DNA of 51,726 bases from Catajapyx aquilonaris. Lineage: Eukaryota. Below, one piece after another: positions 15,101-28,500 of this stretch (positions are counted from its first letter, which is position 1; every line of letters begins with the position of its first letter). Location: contig KZ538720.1 of assembly GCA_000934665.2 (NCBI GenBank), forward strand, positions 1 to 51,726, written 5' to 3'. Made by a program: the position numbers and the translations under genes. The notes under the pieces are model-generated. The model searched no databases and was not told where the DNA came from. It saw nothing but the letters and a program-made list of their open reading frames with translations.

Positions 15101-18100
15101 TGAATTTTCACGTCCCCACAGCAAATAATTGAGAACAGAACTGTGATCAGACATTGCTATCCTTGTGAGAATTTTTTTCGCTTGTTTCCTATCCTTGTGA
15201 GGACCGAAAACCTTACGAGGACTTTTTTCAGGCCCTCATAAGGTACACAGTCCTCACAAGGATGGCGGAAAATCAAACCAAGACCTCCTTTTTACTGTGA
15301 AAAAATAGGTCACCAAAATTTCGTGTGTATTTTGTAGGTTAGGTTAGGTTAGGTTAGTTTTAAATTGTTATTTTTGCCAGACCCTCACAAGGATAGCACT
15401 TTATAACATGTGTGTGTGTGTGTGTGCGCGCGTCACTGTGTCTCTACAGTTTAGTTACCAAGGTAAATGGCTTTGTATATGTAGTATAGCAAATCCTGGA
15501 AGGTTTGTATCCATTCGTACAAAAAGGCATCCAAAAAGACTGCCACCTTCGTGGTCAGCAAGCCCACAATCTTAGGCACAACCCAGGGCACAAGCATGGT
15601 TGGAAAAAAACATTTTTTTTTTGTTTAAACCAGGTTTAATTTCAAATTTTTGGTTCAAATTAATTGAAACAAGTTGTGACTTCTTAAGTGGGCTCTACAC
15701 AGATGGTCTGACTCTGACTCTCCTACTCTGAGGCACGGACACCCTCTTCCGACAGAGGTCTGCTAGTCGATGTCCGATGTTCGAAGGTGGGGAGACACGT
15801 TTTTGTGGAAAGGGGTGGAGGGAGATGGCAAAGGTTGTTTACGATGTTTAGGGGGATGTGAAGGTGATGTGGGGGGCAGCGAGTTCGACTAGAAGATCCC
15901 ACTAGCCAATCAGAGAGCTGGGATTCATCGAACAGTGATTCACACAGCCACTTCGACATTTTGCCCCGCCCACTCTCCTGTCTCCAACCTGCCTAGGTGA
16001 CTTGAGCTGGCCTCCTTGTCTCTGACGTCGGATCCAACATGTAATGCCATTTGCACAGAAGGTCCAATGGTCGAATCCCGTCGGAGTCGGACCAACTGTG
16101 TACAGCCCACTTTATCATCTACATACGCCCCAACAATGAATAACAAACTAACCTGGCTCTTTATCGGCCAGACTTTTCCGGGAGCTGGTACTGTACGACC
16201 AGGCCTTAGTGAAATTTTTAAATATTAATCTAGTAAACGCAAATAAAATTGGAGAGTTTTTTGTATATTCACAAAGCATGTAACTGGATAAAAATATTAT
16301 TTAATATACAGGGTGTTTATTGTAACTCTGCAAAGACTTTCAGGGGTAATAGAGGAGACCAAGACAAGTATTTTTGACATAGGAACCAGTGTCTGGAAAC
16401 GCCATCTAGAGGGGGTTCATAGACAAGGAACGGGCGCGCTCAGACGCGTCAGGTGAGAGGCGCTAGGCGAGCGGACTGTGTTGTTGATAGATGGTGCTCG
16501 GATAGTAACCAACGATGCGATATGGCATAACCTGGCAACAGCAGAGCCATCTAGCAACTTAAGTCCGCCTCCTAGGAGATGCGCGGATAGTCAACAGCGG
16601 GTCTTTCGTTGCCAGGTTATGGCGTATCGTGTTGTTGTTTACTTACAACGACGCGATACGCCATAACCTGGCAACAACTGCGCGCCACCTATCAACAAAA
16701 CAGTGCGCTCGACTAGCGCCTATCACGTGACGCGTCTGGGCGCACCCGTTCCTTGTCTATGAACCCCCTCTAGATGGCGTTTCCGGACACGGGTTCCTAT
16801 GTCAAAAATACTTGTCTTGGTCCCCTCTATTACCCCTGAAAGTCTTTGCAGAGTTACAATAAACACCCTGTATAACCGAAGCAGTAGTGGTGGAGTGGAT
16901 AGGGTATCCGACTGCTAATCGGGAGGTCCTGGGTTCGAATCCCGGAGGCCGGCGAACCTGACCATGGTTTTCTGTGGTTTCCCATGGTCCTTGCAGGATA
17001 ATTCCGGGGTCGTTACCGTAATATAGGCCACAGCCGCTTCCTTCCTTCCCTTTCCCTGCTTCATTCCGAAGATGAGAAAAATAGTAAAAAATGGAAGAGT
17101 TCCAGACAAAAAAATTGGGAAAAATCCCCCCCTAGGAAGGCCCGTAGGCTGATAATGGGGTATCAAATTATTATTATTATTATTATATATATAAAATCCT
17201 TCCTTGGGTAGTGCCTCACCCTATATAGGGTATGCGGCACGGACCTTTATTATACTTGAAGTACAATGCAGTACAATGCTGGAACCTTGAGCGAAACGCC
17301 CGGGCCCACGGGCAGGATGACAGGAGGGGATGTGCAAGGTGCAGTGCAATGTCTTAATGTGGCCATTTTTAGTGAACTCCCCAGGTGGTTTAGGCTGTGG
17401 AAATACCACCCGAGACGAAGCCAGAGGTGACCCTGAACTCTACACGAGATGAAGGGGGTGTCCCCGGGTTGGGATCGAACCCGGGACCTTAACATCCGTG
17501 GGCGCATACGTTACCGCAGCACCACTCCGCCTCCCTTATATATACAGGGTGATCAAACTTTTTTTGTCTTTTTAGTTATTGACATATTCGGCCTAAGCTG
17601 CTTATATTGTAGCCCGTTCCCTGGCAACCCCGTCCGGCGGGCCAATTCAAACATCAGCCCATGGAGAGCGCTTCCATTGTTGCCACTGTTTACAAATCGA
17701 GTGAGTGAGTGCGCAGGCAGAAGAGACCCGTCGCTGGGTCGTCAGCGTCACTCACTCGATTTGTAAACAGTGGCAACAATGGAAGCGCTCTCCATGTGCC
17801 GATGTTTGAATTGGCCCGTCGGACGGGGTTGCCAGGGAACGGGCTACAATATAAGCAGCTTAGACCGAATTTGTCAATAACTAAAAAGACAAAAAAGTTT
17901 GATCACCCTGTATATATACAGGGTAGTACCGAAGCAGGTTGGTGTAGGGGTTAAGGAGCCAGACTGCTAATCGGGAGGTCCTGGGATCAAATCCCGGGGC
18001 CGGCAACTCTGACCGTGGTTTTCTGTGGTTTCCCACGGTCCCTCCAGGAAAATTCCGGAGTTGTTTCCGTAATTAACAGGCCACAGCCGCTTCCTTCCAT

Positions 18101-20646
18101 CCCTATCCCTTCCTAAAAAGCGAAGCAAAAAGTAAAAAGCAAAGAGTTCCTGACAAAAAAAAAATGGGATGAACTCCCCCCCTAAGAGAGCCAATGGCTC
18201 TATCACGGGGTAAATTATTAAAAAAATATATATATTATACAGGGTAGTCGGTAAATGGCGCACAAGCTTCAAATAGCGAGATTCCTTGTGAATAACCAGT
18301 ATATGGAAGTGAAGGTCCTATTGCTCTGCGATGCCTGGTTAGGGCTCACAAGGTCTCCAAAGTTTTGGCCAAATCGTGACGCCACATCCGCCTGCAAAAT
18401 TCAAACATTACCGTGTCACTACCGTACATGGTTTGTTGCCATGTTGACACCCCCCACATTTTCACCAAACAATGGAACCATATATAAACTGGCGAGGACG
18501 TTGCCAGGCATTGCCATACCTTCGTCGCCGCGTGCCTGGCAACGTCCCTGCGAGTTTATACGGTTTCATTGTTTGGTGAACATGTGGGGGATGTCAACAT
18601 GACAACAAACTGTGGACAGTAGCGATACGGTAGTGTTTGAATTTCGCGGGCGGATGTGACGTTATGATTTGGTCCAAATTTTGGAGACCTCGTGAGCCCT
18701 AACCAGGCATCGTAGATCAATAGGACCTTCACTTCCATATACTGGTTTTTCACAAGGAATCTTGCTACCTGAAGCTTGTGCGCCATTTACCGACCACCCT
18801 GTATATTTAAATAATAATGCTGGGGTAATGTGCTTTCGCCCCCACCTGGGGGCATATAGCACAGACCTTTATTGAAGGTATAATTTTTCAGTGCCTAGAT
18901 TGAAACGCCCGGGCCCATAGGCAGGATGACAGGAGGGGATGTGCAAGGTGCAGTGCAATGTCCTGCTATGGCCATTTTTAATGAACTCCCCCCGGGTGGC
19001 TTAGTATATTGGGAATACCACCTGAGACAAAGCCAGAGAACTCTGCACGAGATGAAGGGGGTGTACCCGGGCGGGATTTGATCCCAGGACCTTATCATCC
19101 GTGGTCGCGTACGTTACCACAGCACCACTTCGTTTCCCGATAAAAATATTATTTTAGGACCCTTTATTCATCTCTGTAGTGTCAGTAACAAAGGAAGTAC
19201 ACTCTACTCTCTGTATAAAAACTGACCCATTTGACCCCACCTAATCCTACTCATTCGGTTAATTTAAATCCATTATTGAATGATTTAATTTGGCTAATTT
19301 TGCAGTAACATAAATAAGTAAATTTTAGCAGTAACTGGGAATACTCTTCATCTAAAAAAACCACTATGTTTATTTTATTTAAATCACTTGATTTAAACCA
19401 TGGTTTAAACCAGTCAACCCTGGGCACAAGGGCACAAAACCTCTTCTTGATAATGACCCACTTTTTGCAAGTCCATCAGCTGTGCTGGGTGCATTTCATA
19501 GTCATCTCCTGACTGCATTTTATTTTGATTGATAGAGGCATGGTGGGTATTCAGTATTGTTATCAGTGCCAAAGAAGCACAATGGAATTCTTGATGTGGA
19601 ATACGGAGTGAGGTTCAGCTTAACTACCTCAAGATGAACTTTGATGGCAGCTGCATTGGGTAGGATTGGCCCGTATTCTGGTTCCCTCATGCATTGGATC
19701 TCATTTCACTCAATTTTCTTTTTGTAAACAGTTTAGTTTATGAAACTCCAGTGACCACAGAAGAAGATATTCACACATGAGTTCTGGTGGCAAGAGAAGA
19801 AATTCATGCCACTAACAGGATAATTGAGAAAGTACAGCAGTCCTTGGTGCCTTGCCATAGAGCTTGCATGTAAGTCCATGGGCATAATTAAGAGCAGTAG
19901 TTGTAATGGATAATAATTACTGTCATAACTACATTTAGTGTGCAAACTTTACTATGCAATATATTTTCCTTGACATTGCTGATCCCACACTTGAACAAGC
20001 CGGCCTCAAATGACAGTGTAGTTTTGGATGTGCCCTGTGTATGTTCAGATGCAAACCTTCCAGGGTGTGCTATACAATATGGTGATTAGCCCATTAACCC
20101 AGTAAATCGGCTGTGGAGACCAAATCACCTCAATGCAGAATGTGACCCTTTGGCTTCCATATGGTCACCCTAAAAATTTGTCAACATCATTCTAAAACCC
20201 CCTGCATTTTGCTCAAGAAACCCAAAAACTGGCATTGACAGAAAATTGTACTCAAGGACATCTGCTACTGTATCATTCAGTCTCTCAAAAGCCATACATC
20301 TTAATTTCTCATTAAACTGTATATTACAATGTTTGTTGTTTCTAGTTACACTTACATGAAACATTTCTTCCCCTGCGAGCATAACAGCACTCAAAAACAT
20401 ATAACTAATGAAAATTCACACGTACTGATCAAATTCCACATTGTAGAATTCTACTGGGAAGTTGCAGGGATTTAAAACTTGGACTTCTCTTGTCTGCTGG
20501 CCAGAATATGGGACGTTGGATCCAAATTCAACACAAACTTCCTGAAACTCAAGCTTTGGTTCCACACCTTGACCATGCATAGGATATGTGAAAAGGTTTG
20601 GATTGCCTTCCACAGCGTACATTAGTTGAGTTTCATAGTTCATCTG

Positions 20647-20744
<98 letters not shown>

Positions 20745-23700
20745 GAGATTCATGACCAATAAATTTATAGTAGGCTATACGTATGTATGTGCCTCCTACA
20801 AATTATGAATGCATCCTTATAAGTTACTTTAGGAACCCTCTACTACAATAACATGTTTCTATCATGTATAATGTACTATCAGTCCACCAAGAATGGTCGC
20901 AGCGGCCGTGCATGAACTACAGTCTACGAGCACTTCTCCATTGACTTCTCCCCCCGGAAGTGCTCGTAACTGTAGTTCGTGCGCTGCCGCTGCGACAATT
21001 CTTGGTGGACTGATAGTACAAAATATGCAAAATGAAAACTACCAATCCTAATGGTGACAACAACCTAAGATATAACGTTTACCTCAATATTAGGCCGGAA
21101 CATAAGTTCAATTCGCATTGACTGCCCAGGAATCAGTACACCACTGACTGGACTTACAAAGAAGCTTGAATCATCCATTATATCCTTGAAGTCATTAATA
21201 GCTGGGGGCTTTCTCTTTCTCTTGTTGACCTCCAACACAGCCTTGAATTTGCACAAGACTTCGCCGCTGAAAATGAAACATCATCATAGTCAATATTACA
21301 AAAAAAATCATTCTCTGTCTCAAATGTATTGTTCCATGCAAACCAATTCTCTGCAACGAAGGGAATCACAAGGCAATCTCCACATTTGACCTGACCAAAG
21401 TTAAAGACTTGGATGCTAAGTTTGATGCTTGGCAATGTGGACGTGCCTGTCACAGAAATTGGAATCACCAGTCCATTTACCACCTGAAATGCAATGAATC
21501 CTTCAAATGTTTTCTTCTTAAAATAGTCTGACCCATCCCCTTATACATCCTTATATGCATGACAGCCACTACAATTTCTTGATTTACCAATAAGTTAAAT
21601 ATAAAGAGACATTGGGGATGATTTATTATTTCATTACTAATACCCCAAAAAATGTTTAATTTTTCATCATAGCCAATTTTGTTTCAGAGCCTCTCAACTA
21701 TCCCCTCCACACTGAAACTTCATTTTCTAATGACTTATCACCACTCACCTCCAGGTGAATGATCCTGTTCGAGATCTCAGAAATGGTTTTTATGTTACGC
21801 CCTGTAAATTCAATTTGGAGATCAGTTGAGCCTCCAGGCAGAATCTTCCCTGATTTAGAAAGCTCTGCATAAAAGGGCCCCTCTCCCTTTATATCCACAT
21901 CTTCTGCTCTCACTCTGACTAAAGCTGAGAAAGATCCCACACATTTTATATTCACCATCCTTTTCACAACTTCGCCTGGTACAGCATATCCCATGTCTTA
22001 GGGCAAAAACAGAAATAAAAACAACAACAGTAATAATAATAATAATAATAATAATGATAGTACACAAGCAGCAACATCAGTTGTAGTTGTAAGGCTTCCT
22101 TACCAGTAACATAATTGGGAAGGTCTACATCAATGCAATCCCTCTTTTTGGAAATAATCTCTGAATTACCATGGCCCTCTTCTGTCAGGTAAAGCTGGGC
22201 CAAATATGACTCAGCAGCCAAGGTTAAAATGTAATTTGGTGGTGCATGTGACTGAAAAAAAAACACACACACACAATTTTCAAGTACAAAATTGAAAATA
22301 TCTAGCTTCAATAATGTCAGCTTCCATTGTTAGTGCTGCTCCAGCAAATTTTCTCAATATTTCTTTTTTTTTCAAGATTGCACTCAGCAACATGCTCACA
22401 TTTTCTATCACCAACCATCCTTGATCAGATTCCATTACTTCTTCTTCAGGTTGCCTGATTAACTGTGTCACTACCCGTCCAATTCCTTCATAAAACCTGA
22501 GAACTGTGTTGTATGACAGAGTCTCCTCCAGGTCTACGGCGATTTGAGGGTACACACCCTCACCAACCACAGTTATCTCAAATGGGATCAGGTGAGCAAC
22601 CTCACAGAAAAATAAATGCAACCAATATTAGCCTAAAACTGCTGCTGGCATATTTAGTGTATAGGCTACTGTATAGTGCCGGGCAATTCAACTAGCAGAC
22701 CGTGGCACAATTTTGTCCGGACCGCGATGATATACAACTAGTCATATTACAAATGGAAAAATGTTTCAACATGTCCTGCCTAAGATGCGCCTTCGACCCT
22801 TTCTGTACAATATGTTTTCACTTCCAAGAAATGACCCTTACTTGAACGGACCCCCCGTCGTTTGTAGGAAAGGGGTAGGGCCGTAGGGGACCACATGGGA
22901 TCCATTTACTGGCCCACTACTGGGAAAGGAGGGAAACTATCAGCCGCATTTCCTTTAATCTCATTCTTGGTTCTATATTCCGACTTCTCAGAGGTCTTGG
23001 TGCAGATAGTCGCTGGTTTTCCCAGTGATGAGTTCTTGTGTGGTGTGAGTCGAAAGGGTAGTTTGGGGCACCCGTGAAGAATAGGAAGAAAGTGGATGCA
23101 GAGGACAGGATCAAAAATAATAATAATCTGTCACAAGACCATTTGGCAGCCTGCTTGCAAATTGTCACAACTTCGCACACACCAGATTTCGGGAAGTTGG
23201 TTTTGGATGAAAAGTTCAACTTTTCTCACTGAAGTGTTTTGTGACTTTATTTATTAATTTATTCATTTATTTATTTATCTGGGGGGGGNNNNNNNNNNNN
23301 NNNNNNNNNNGGTCTGGACCTTCATTGGCCACGGAAAGGTAAATCCTGGACCTTGTAATATACTAGTTGAATGGCCTTGGTGTAGTGTAGAGATACATGC
23401 ATCTCCTTTTCATGAGACCCTCTACTTTCTACTATATAACTCCTTATTTAAAATAATGCAACTGTAATTTCAGCAACAAAGTTTCCATTTTCACATAACT
23501 CATAAGCTCATATAAACTGTTCAGCAGCTGTTGAGAGAGTTTTTAAAGAACTAGGAATCCTGCGTGTTTTTTTTCTTCTTTTCAAACTGGAACTCAATCA
23601 AAATTAAATGAGGCCTTGATAACTTCCAAATTCCAATGACAAGTGTATCACAAAGAATGAATCATCAAAATGAAGATTTTCAATAAAATCAGTTGCATAC

Positions 23701-25548
23701 TATTCAACGTTATTTGAAGACCTTGGGGGAAGAACTATCAAGGTCCACTTTTTGTCACAAATCAGTTACACATCCCAGTGAGAAGATAGTTTCACTAGCG
23801 TAGAATATGATGGTTTGGTCGTGGTTGTGGAGAAATGATCATAGGTCACTATGGAAGGCCCTGAAAGTGGGATTTACAATAGAACCTTATGGGCCTTCGA
23901 AATTTGAAATTGCAATATCTCATTTTCACATACAGTGGACCTTCATTGCTCTTCCCCCAAGGTCTTCATATTCAGGCAATGGACACTACTACAATAGCAA
24001 TGCAACCTGCACCACTTCATGAGTTTTATATCATGTGAAAAGTAATATACCTGTGAACTGAACAGCTCTCCTTTAATTAAAAAAATTAAAAATCAGTAAT
24101 ATGACTGTGTTGGTGTTGTTCATGTGATATCAACTGTTATTAGATTTTATGTATAACTTCAAATGACCATAAGTAATAAAACACCATTACCAGCCATCCC
24201 TGCATTCACTCACCTGAAGTATAACAGTGTGCTTGAAATGCCCTGGTATTCCTGGAATATAGCTAAAAGCCAGTTCAACAGATTCATTGCGACCGATTCT
24301 GCCTCTGCTAGGCTGTACACGTGGCTTCCCGATAGAAAGCTGGTTGACACTACTCTCTTTGTCATCACTGTCCTTCTCAATCACTTGGAAGGAAGTGCAC
24401 AGTTGGGAGAAATTTTTTATGGTGATGTGGCGTATTGCTCGTTCAGCAAATAACTGTTGAGAAGAAAGAAGTGCAATATTCAATAATGATGTCAAATAGC
24501 TGAAAGATCTAATAAAATATGCATTATGTTCTGTATTATACGTAATATACAGGGTGTTTATTGTAACTCTGCAAAGACTCTCTGGGGTAATAGAGGGGAC
24601 CAAGACAAGTATTTTTGACATAGGAACCCGTGTCCGGAAATGCCATCTAGAGGGGGTTCATAGACAAGGAACGGGTGCACTCAGACGCGTCAGGCGAGAG
24701 GCGCTAGGCGAGCGGACTGTTTTGTTGGTAGATGGCGCGCAGTTGTTGCCAGGTTATGGCGTATCGCGTCGTTGTAAGTAAACAACAACGTGATACGCCA
24801 TAACCTGGCAACAACAGAACCGCTGTTGACTATCCGCGCGTCTCCTAGGAGGAGTACTTAAGTTGCTAGATGGCTCTGCTGTTGCCACTTTATGGCACAT
24901 CGTATCATTGGTTACTATCTGAGCGCCATCTATCAACAAAACAGTCCACTCGCCTAGCGCCTCTCGCCTGACGCGTCTGAGTGCACCCGTTCCTTGTCTA
25001 TGAACCCCCTCTAGATGGCATTTCCGGACACGGGTTCCTATGTCAAAAATACTTGTCTTGGTCCCCTCTATTACCCCTGAAAGTCTTTGCAGAGTTACAA
25101 TAAACACCCTGTATATATATACTGTATTATAAGATGGCAAATTTTTTTAAATGAATAGTAATCATCAAATTTTAGTGGAACAAATTTGTGAATTCCCTTA
25201 AACCTAGACTGACCATCAAACCAAAGTCGACCAAAGTGGTGGAGATCTGCACATCTGCATGAGATGATTCTGCATCCAGTCTGATTTGCTCATAGGGGCC
25301 CCCAATGACGTAACACACTGCTACTACATGGCAATATGTGTCTGGATAGCCCCTATAAGTCACTGTTGCAATGTCATATTCTCCTTGTTGAAGAGTGCCC
25401 TCCATAGGAGTTATATCAAACAACTGAAATGAACAATCATGAAGTCCTTTTAGTTACTTCTATCAGTTGGCACAAATACAAAGTCACAGTATTATTATTA
25501 TTATTATTATTTAATTTGCTACCCCATGCTGGATCCATTGGCTCCTTT

Positions 25549-25588
<40 letters not shown>

Positions 25589-28500
25589 GGAGTGGAATTC
25601 CACAATTTTCTTTTGCATTTTTTTTTTTCTCTCCTGTGCAGGGATCAGGATAGGGATTTGTGAGGAGGGGACACTGGTGCAAGTGGGTTGTCTTTATGTT
25701 GGGGGTTGTGTGCAGTCCCCCAGGGGGTCAGGTTGCAAGACCCCTCCCTAGGTGCGGGTCAGAAACCCCCCACCTCCCCATGGATGGGTCAAGGATAGGA
25801 AAGGAAGTGAGCGGATATGGCCTATTATTTACGGAAGCTACCCGGAATTTTCCTGGGAGGATCGTGGGAAACCACAGAAAACCATGGTCAGGATCGCCGG
25901 CCCCGGGACTCGAACCCAGGACCTCCCGATTAGCAGTCGGACGCCTTATCCACTCCACCAACCTGCTTCGGTTACAAAGTCACAGTTATAATAATAATGC
26001 TGGGGTAATGTGCTTTCGCCCCCACCTGGGGGCATATCACACAGACCTTTTTTAGAAGGTATACATTTTCAGTGCCTATTGATTGAAACGCCCAGGCCCA
26101 CGGGCATGATGACAGGAGGGGATGTGCAAGGTGCAGTGCAATGTCCTGGTATGGCCATTTTTAGTGAACGCCCCCGGGTGGTTTAGTCTATTGGAAATAC
26201 CACCCAAGACGAAGCCAGAGGTGACCCTGAACTCTACACTAGATGAATGGGGTGTCCCCGGGCGGGATTACAAAGTCACAGTTTAAAGTCAGCTATAAGA
26301 CATTCAATGCAGGACAATTCGAAAAATTGTAACAATATGTTGTCATACTACTTGTCACGTCTTAAAATTAAATTGCGGAAGGAGATAGAAAATCCACCAG
26401 ATTCTATGAAAGAAACCTGCCATTGATTTCTTAACCTGAAAACCAAACCCAGAAATGCAAATTGAATGGGTAAGGGCCTAAACCATTGATGTACGAGGGC
26501 TGTTCAAAAAAATATCAAACATTTTGAAATAGCTTGTCAACCAGCACAAAGAGCGTATTGTGGCTACTAACAGCACCTAGAAACATGTCTTGACAACAAA
26601 TTGCCATTTGCCATGTTCCGATATGACCATTGGTCACCGAAATATATCCACTTCAGTGAGCACTTGGACGAGCCGTTCGTCGAATTAGTGAGAAAGTGAA
26701 AATGAGAGAGTTTGAAATGCAACGTGTTTATGTGAAATTTCGCTAAGAAATTGGTAAAAATTTTACAGAGACATATCAATTGCTTTACCAAGTATACTTG
26801 TGAAGGGTCTCCTCGACCAAAAGAGGCACAGATCAGTCGGTCAAAGGTCAAGGTGACGTTGGTTGTGTTTTTGGATTGGAAAGGCATTTTACTTTATGAA
26901 TTTGGACCATGTTGTCAAATTGGAAGACAAACAGTGTTGTACCAGAATGTTTTAGTGCGGGTGAGAGATTCTGTGCCCAGGAAAGGCCTAAATTGTGGGA
27001 AAGCCTGACTTGGATATTGCGCCATGCAGCGCAATGGCAATGCACCAGCTCACACATTGCTCCTCATCATCATTATCTGGCAAAACATCAGATACCAGTT
27101 GTGCCAATCTACCCAATTCTCCGGACTTAGCCTCACTAGACTTTTTGCTATATTCAAAACTTAAAACCAATTTGAAATGACGTCATTTCTGAAACATAGA
27201 GGCGATTCAGGACAATATGACAAGAGCACTTCGTGCCATCACAGAAAGTGCGTTCCAGGAAGCATTCCAACAATGGCATAAAAAATTTAAAACTGTCTTT
27301 CGCCAGTAGAGGGAACTAGCTTGAAGGGGACAGTGCTTAAAATGTTGCAAATTAAGGAATATAGACCGTATAGAAAAAATTTTGCCATTTTTTGAACAAC
27401 CCTCATTTGCCATGCTCTGTGAGTACTGTACAAGTGCATCCAATTTAGTTCTAAGGCAATTGTTATCTCAGACCACGGTACACATCAATGGTTTAGGCCC
27501 TTGAAATTCCTTGTTCTGAGCTTTATTTCTTACATCTAAAGTTGGTGGTACAATTTTTCTGTGGGTTTCAGGTTCATCATGTGATCCATCTACATAACTA
27601 CTAATATTACACGACAAAAATATTCTAGAGGTAGGCCTGCAAACTCACTAGGGTTCATATACGCCAGTACTCCAGGATGATAAGCATTTCTTGTACTAAT
27701 AATAATAGTCAAACTTGCTAATTCCACTTCCTTACAACAATATTTTGCTTTGTATTGCCTTAGGTAAATTTTAAACAGGAGAGTGTGGATGTAAAAGAAA
27801 AATACTTCACACTTTCTTAGAAAAGCGTAATATTGTACGAGGGCAGTACCAAAATGATTTACAATTTGTTTTTTGCCCCAGACACAACGCCCATGCAGGT
27901 TGAAAAATAGGCACGCATTATAGATAGAATCCTCCTGGAGCCTAATTCACTGGCACTGGTCAACCTTTCCAGGCCCTCCAGGAACCACTTTTTGGTGGTG
28001 CTGCGCACCGACTCTCCGACAACTCTTCACAGTCAACAATGTCCTCAAAATGGCATCGGCGAAGGGACTTTTTGAATATATTCGAACAGATGAAAGTCAC
28101 TAGAGGTGGGGGGCATGGTGGTCTAGTGGCTGTTCTACTGCCCAGCCAAGCGGGAGGTCCGGGTTTCAAATCCCATCCACTTCAGGCAGTCACCTTCGCT
28201 TGGTTGGGTCTTTTTCCCCTTTTCACCCGACATGCCCGGTCAGAATTGCACTCCCTTCTCTCCCCATGGCAAAGAGAAAAACTCCGGTATATTTAAGATG
28301 GTCAGAAATGACTACTTAAGAATGCCCTCCCTTGGGAACCTCCCCCCCCCCCCCCCCCNCCCCAAGAGGGTCCCTGGCCCTATCATGGGGTATTACAAAC
28401 AAACAAACAAACAAAGTCACTGGAGGCCAGACCAGGGGAGTACGGTGGGTGTAGAAGCACTCAAAACAAGATCCATGGAAAAATCCTTTCCCCAACATTT

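Larger units (their letters stand above)
15595..19422. mobile_element. hAT-type MITE expanded by nested insertions
   Basis: catggttg / caaccctg termini, 8-bp TSD ggcacaag (15587-15594 and 19423-19430), subterminal tttaaacca repeats. Confidence 0.8.
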
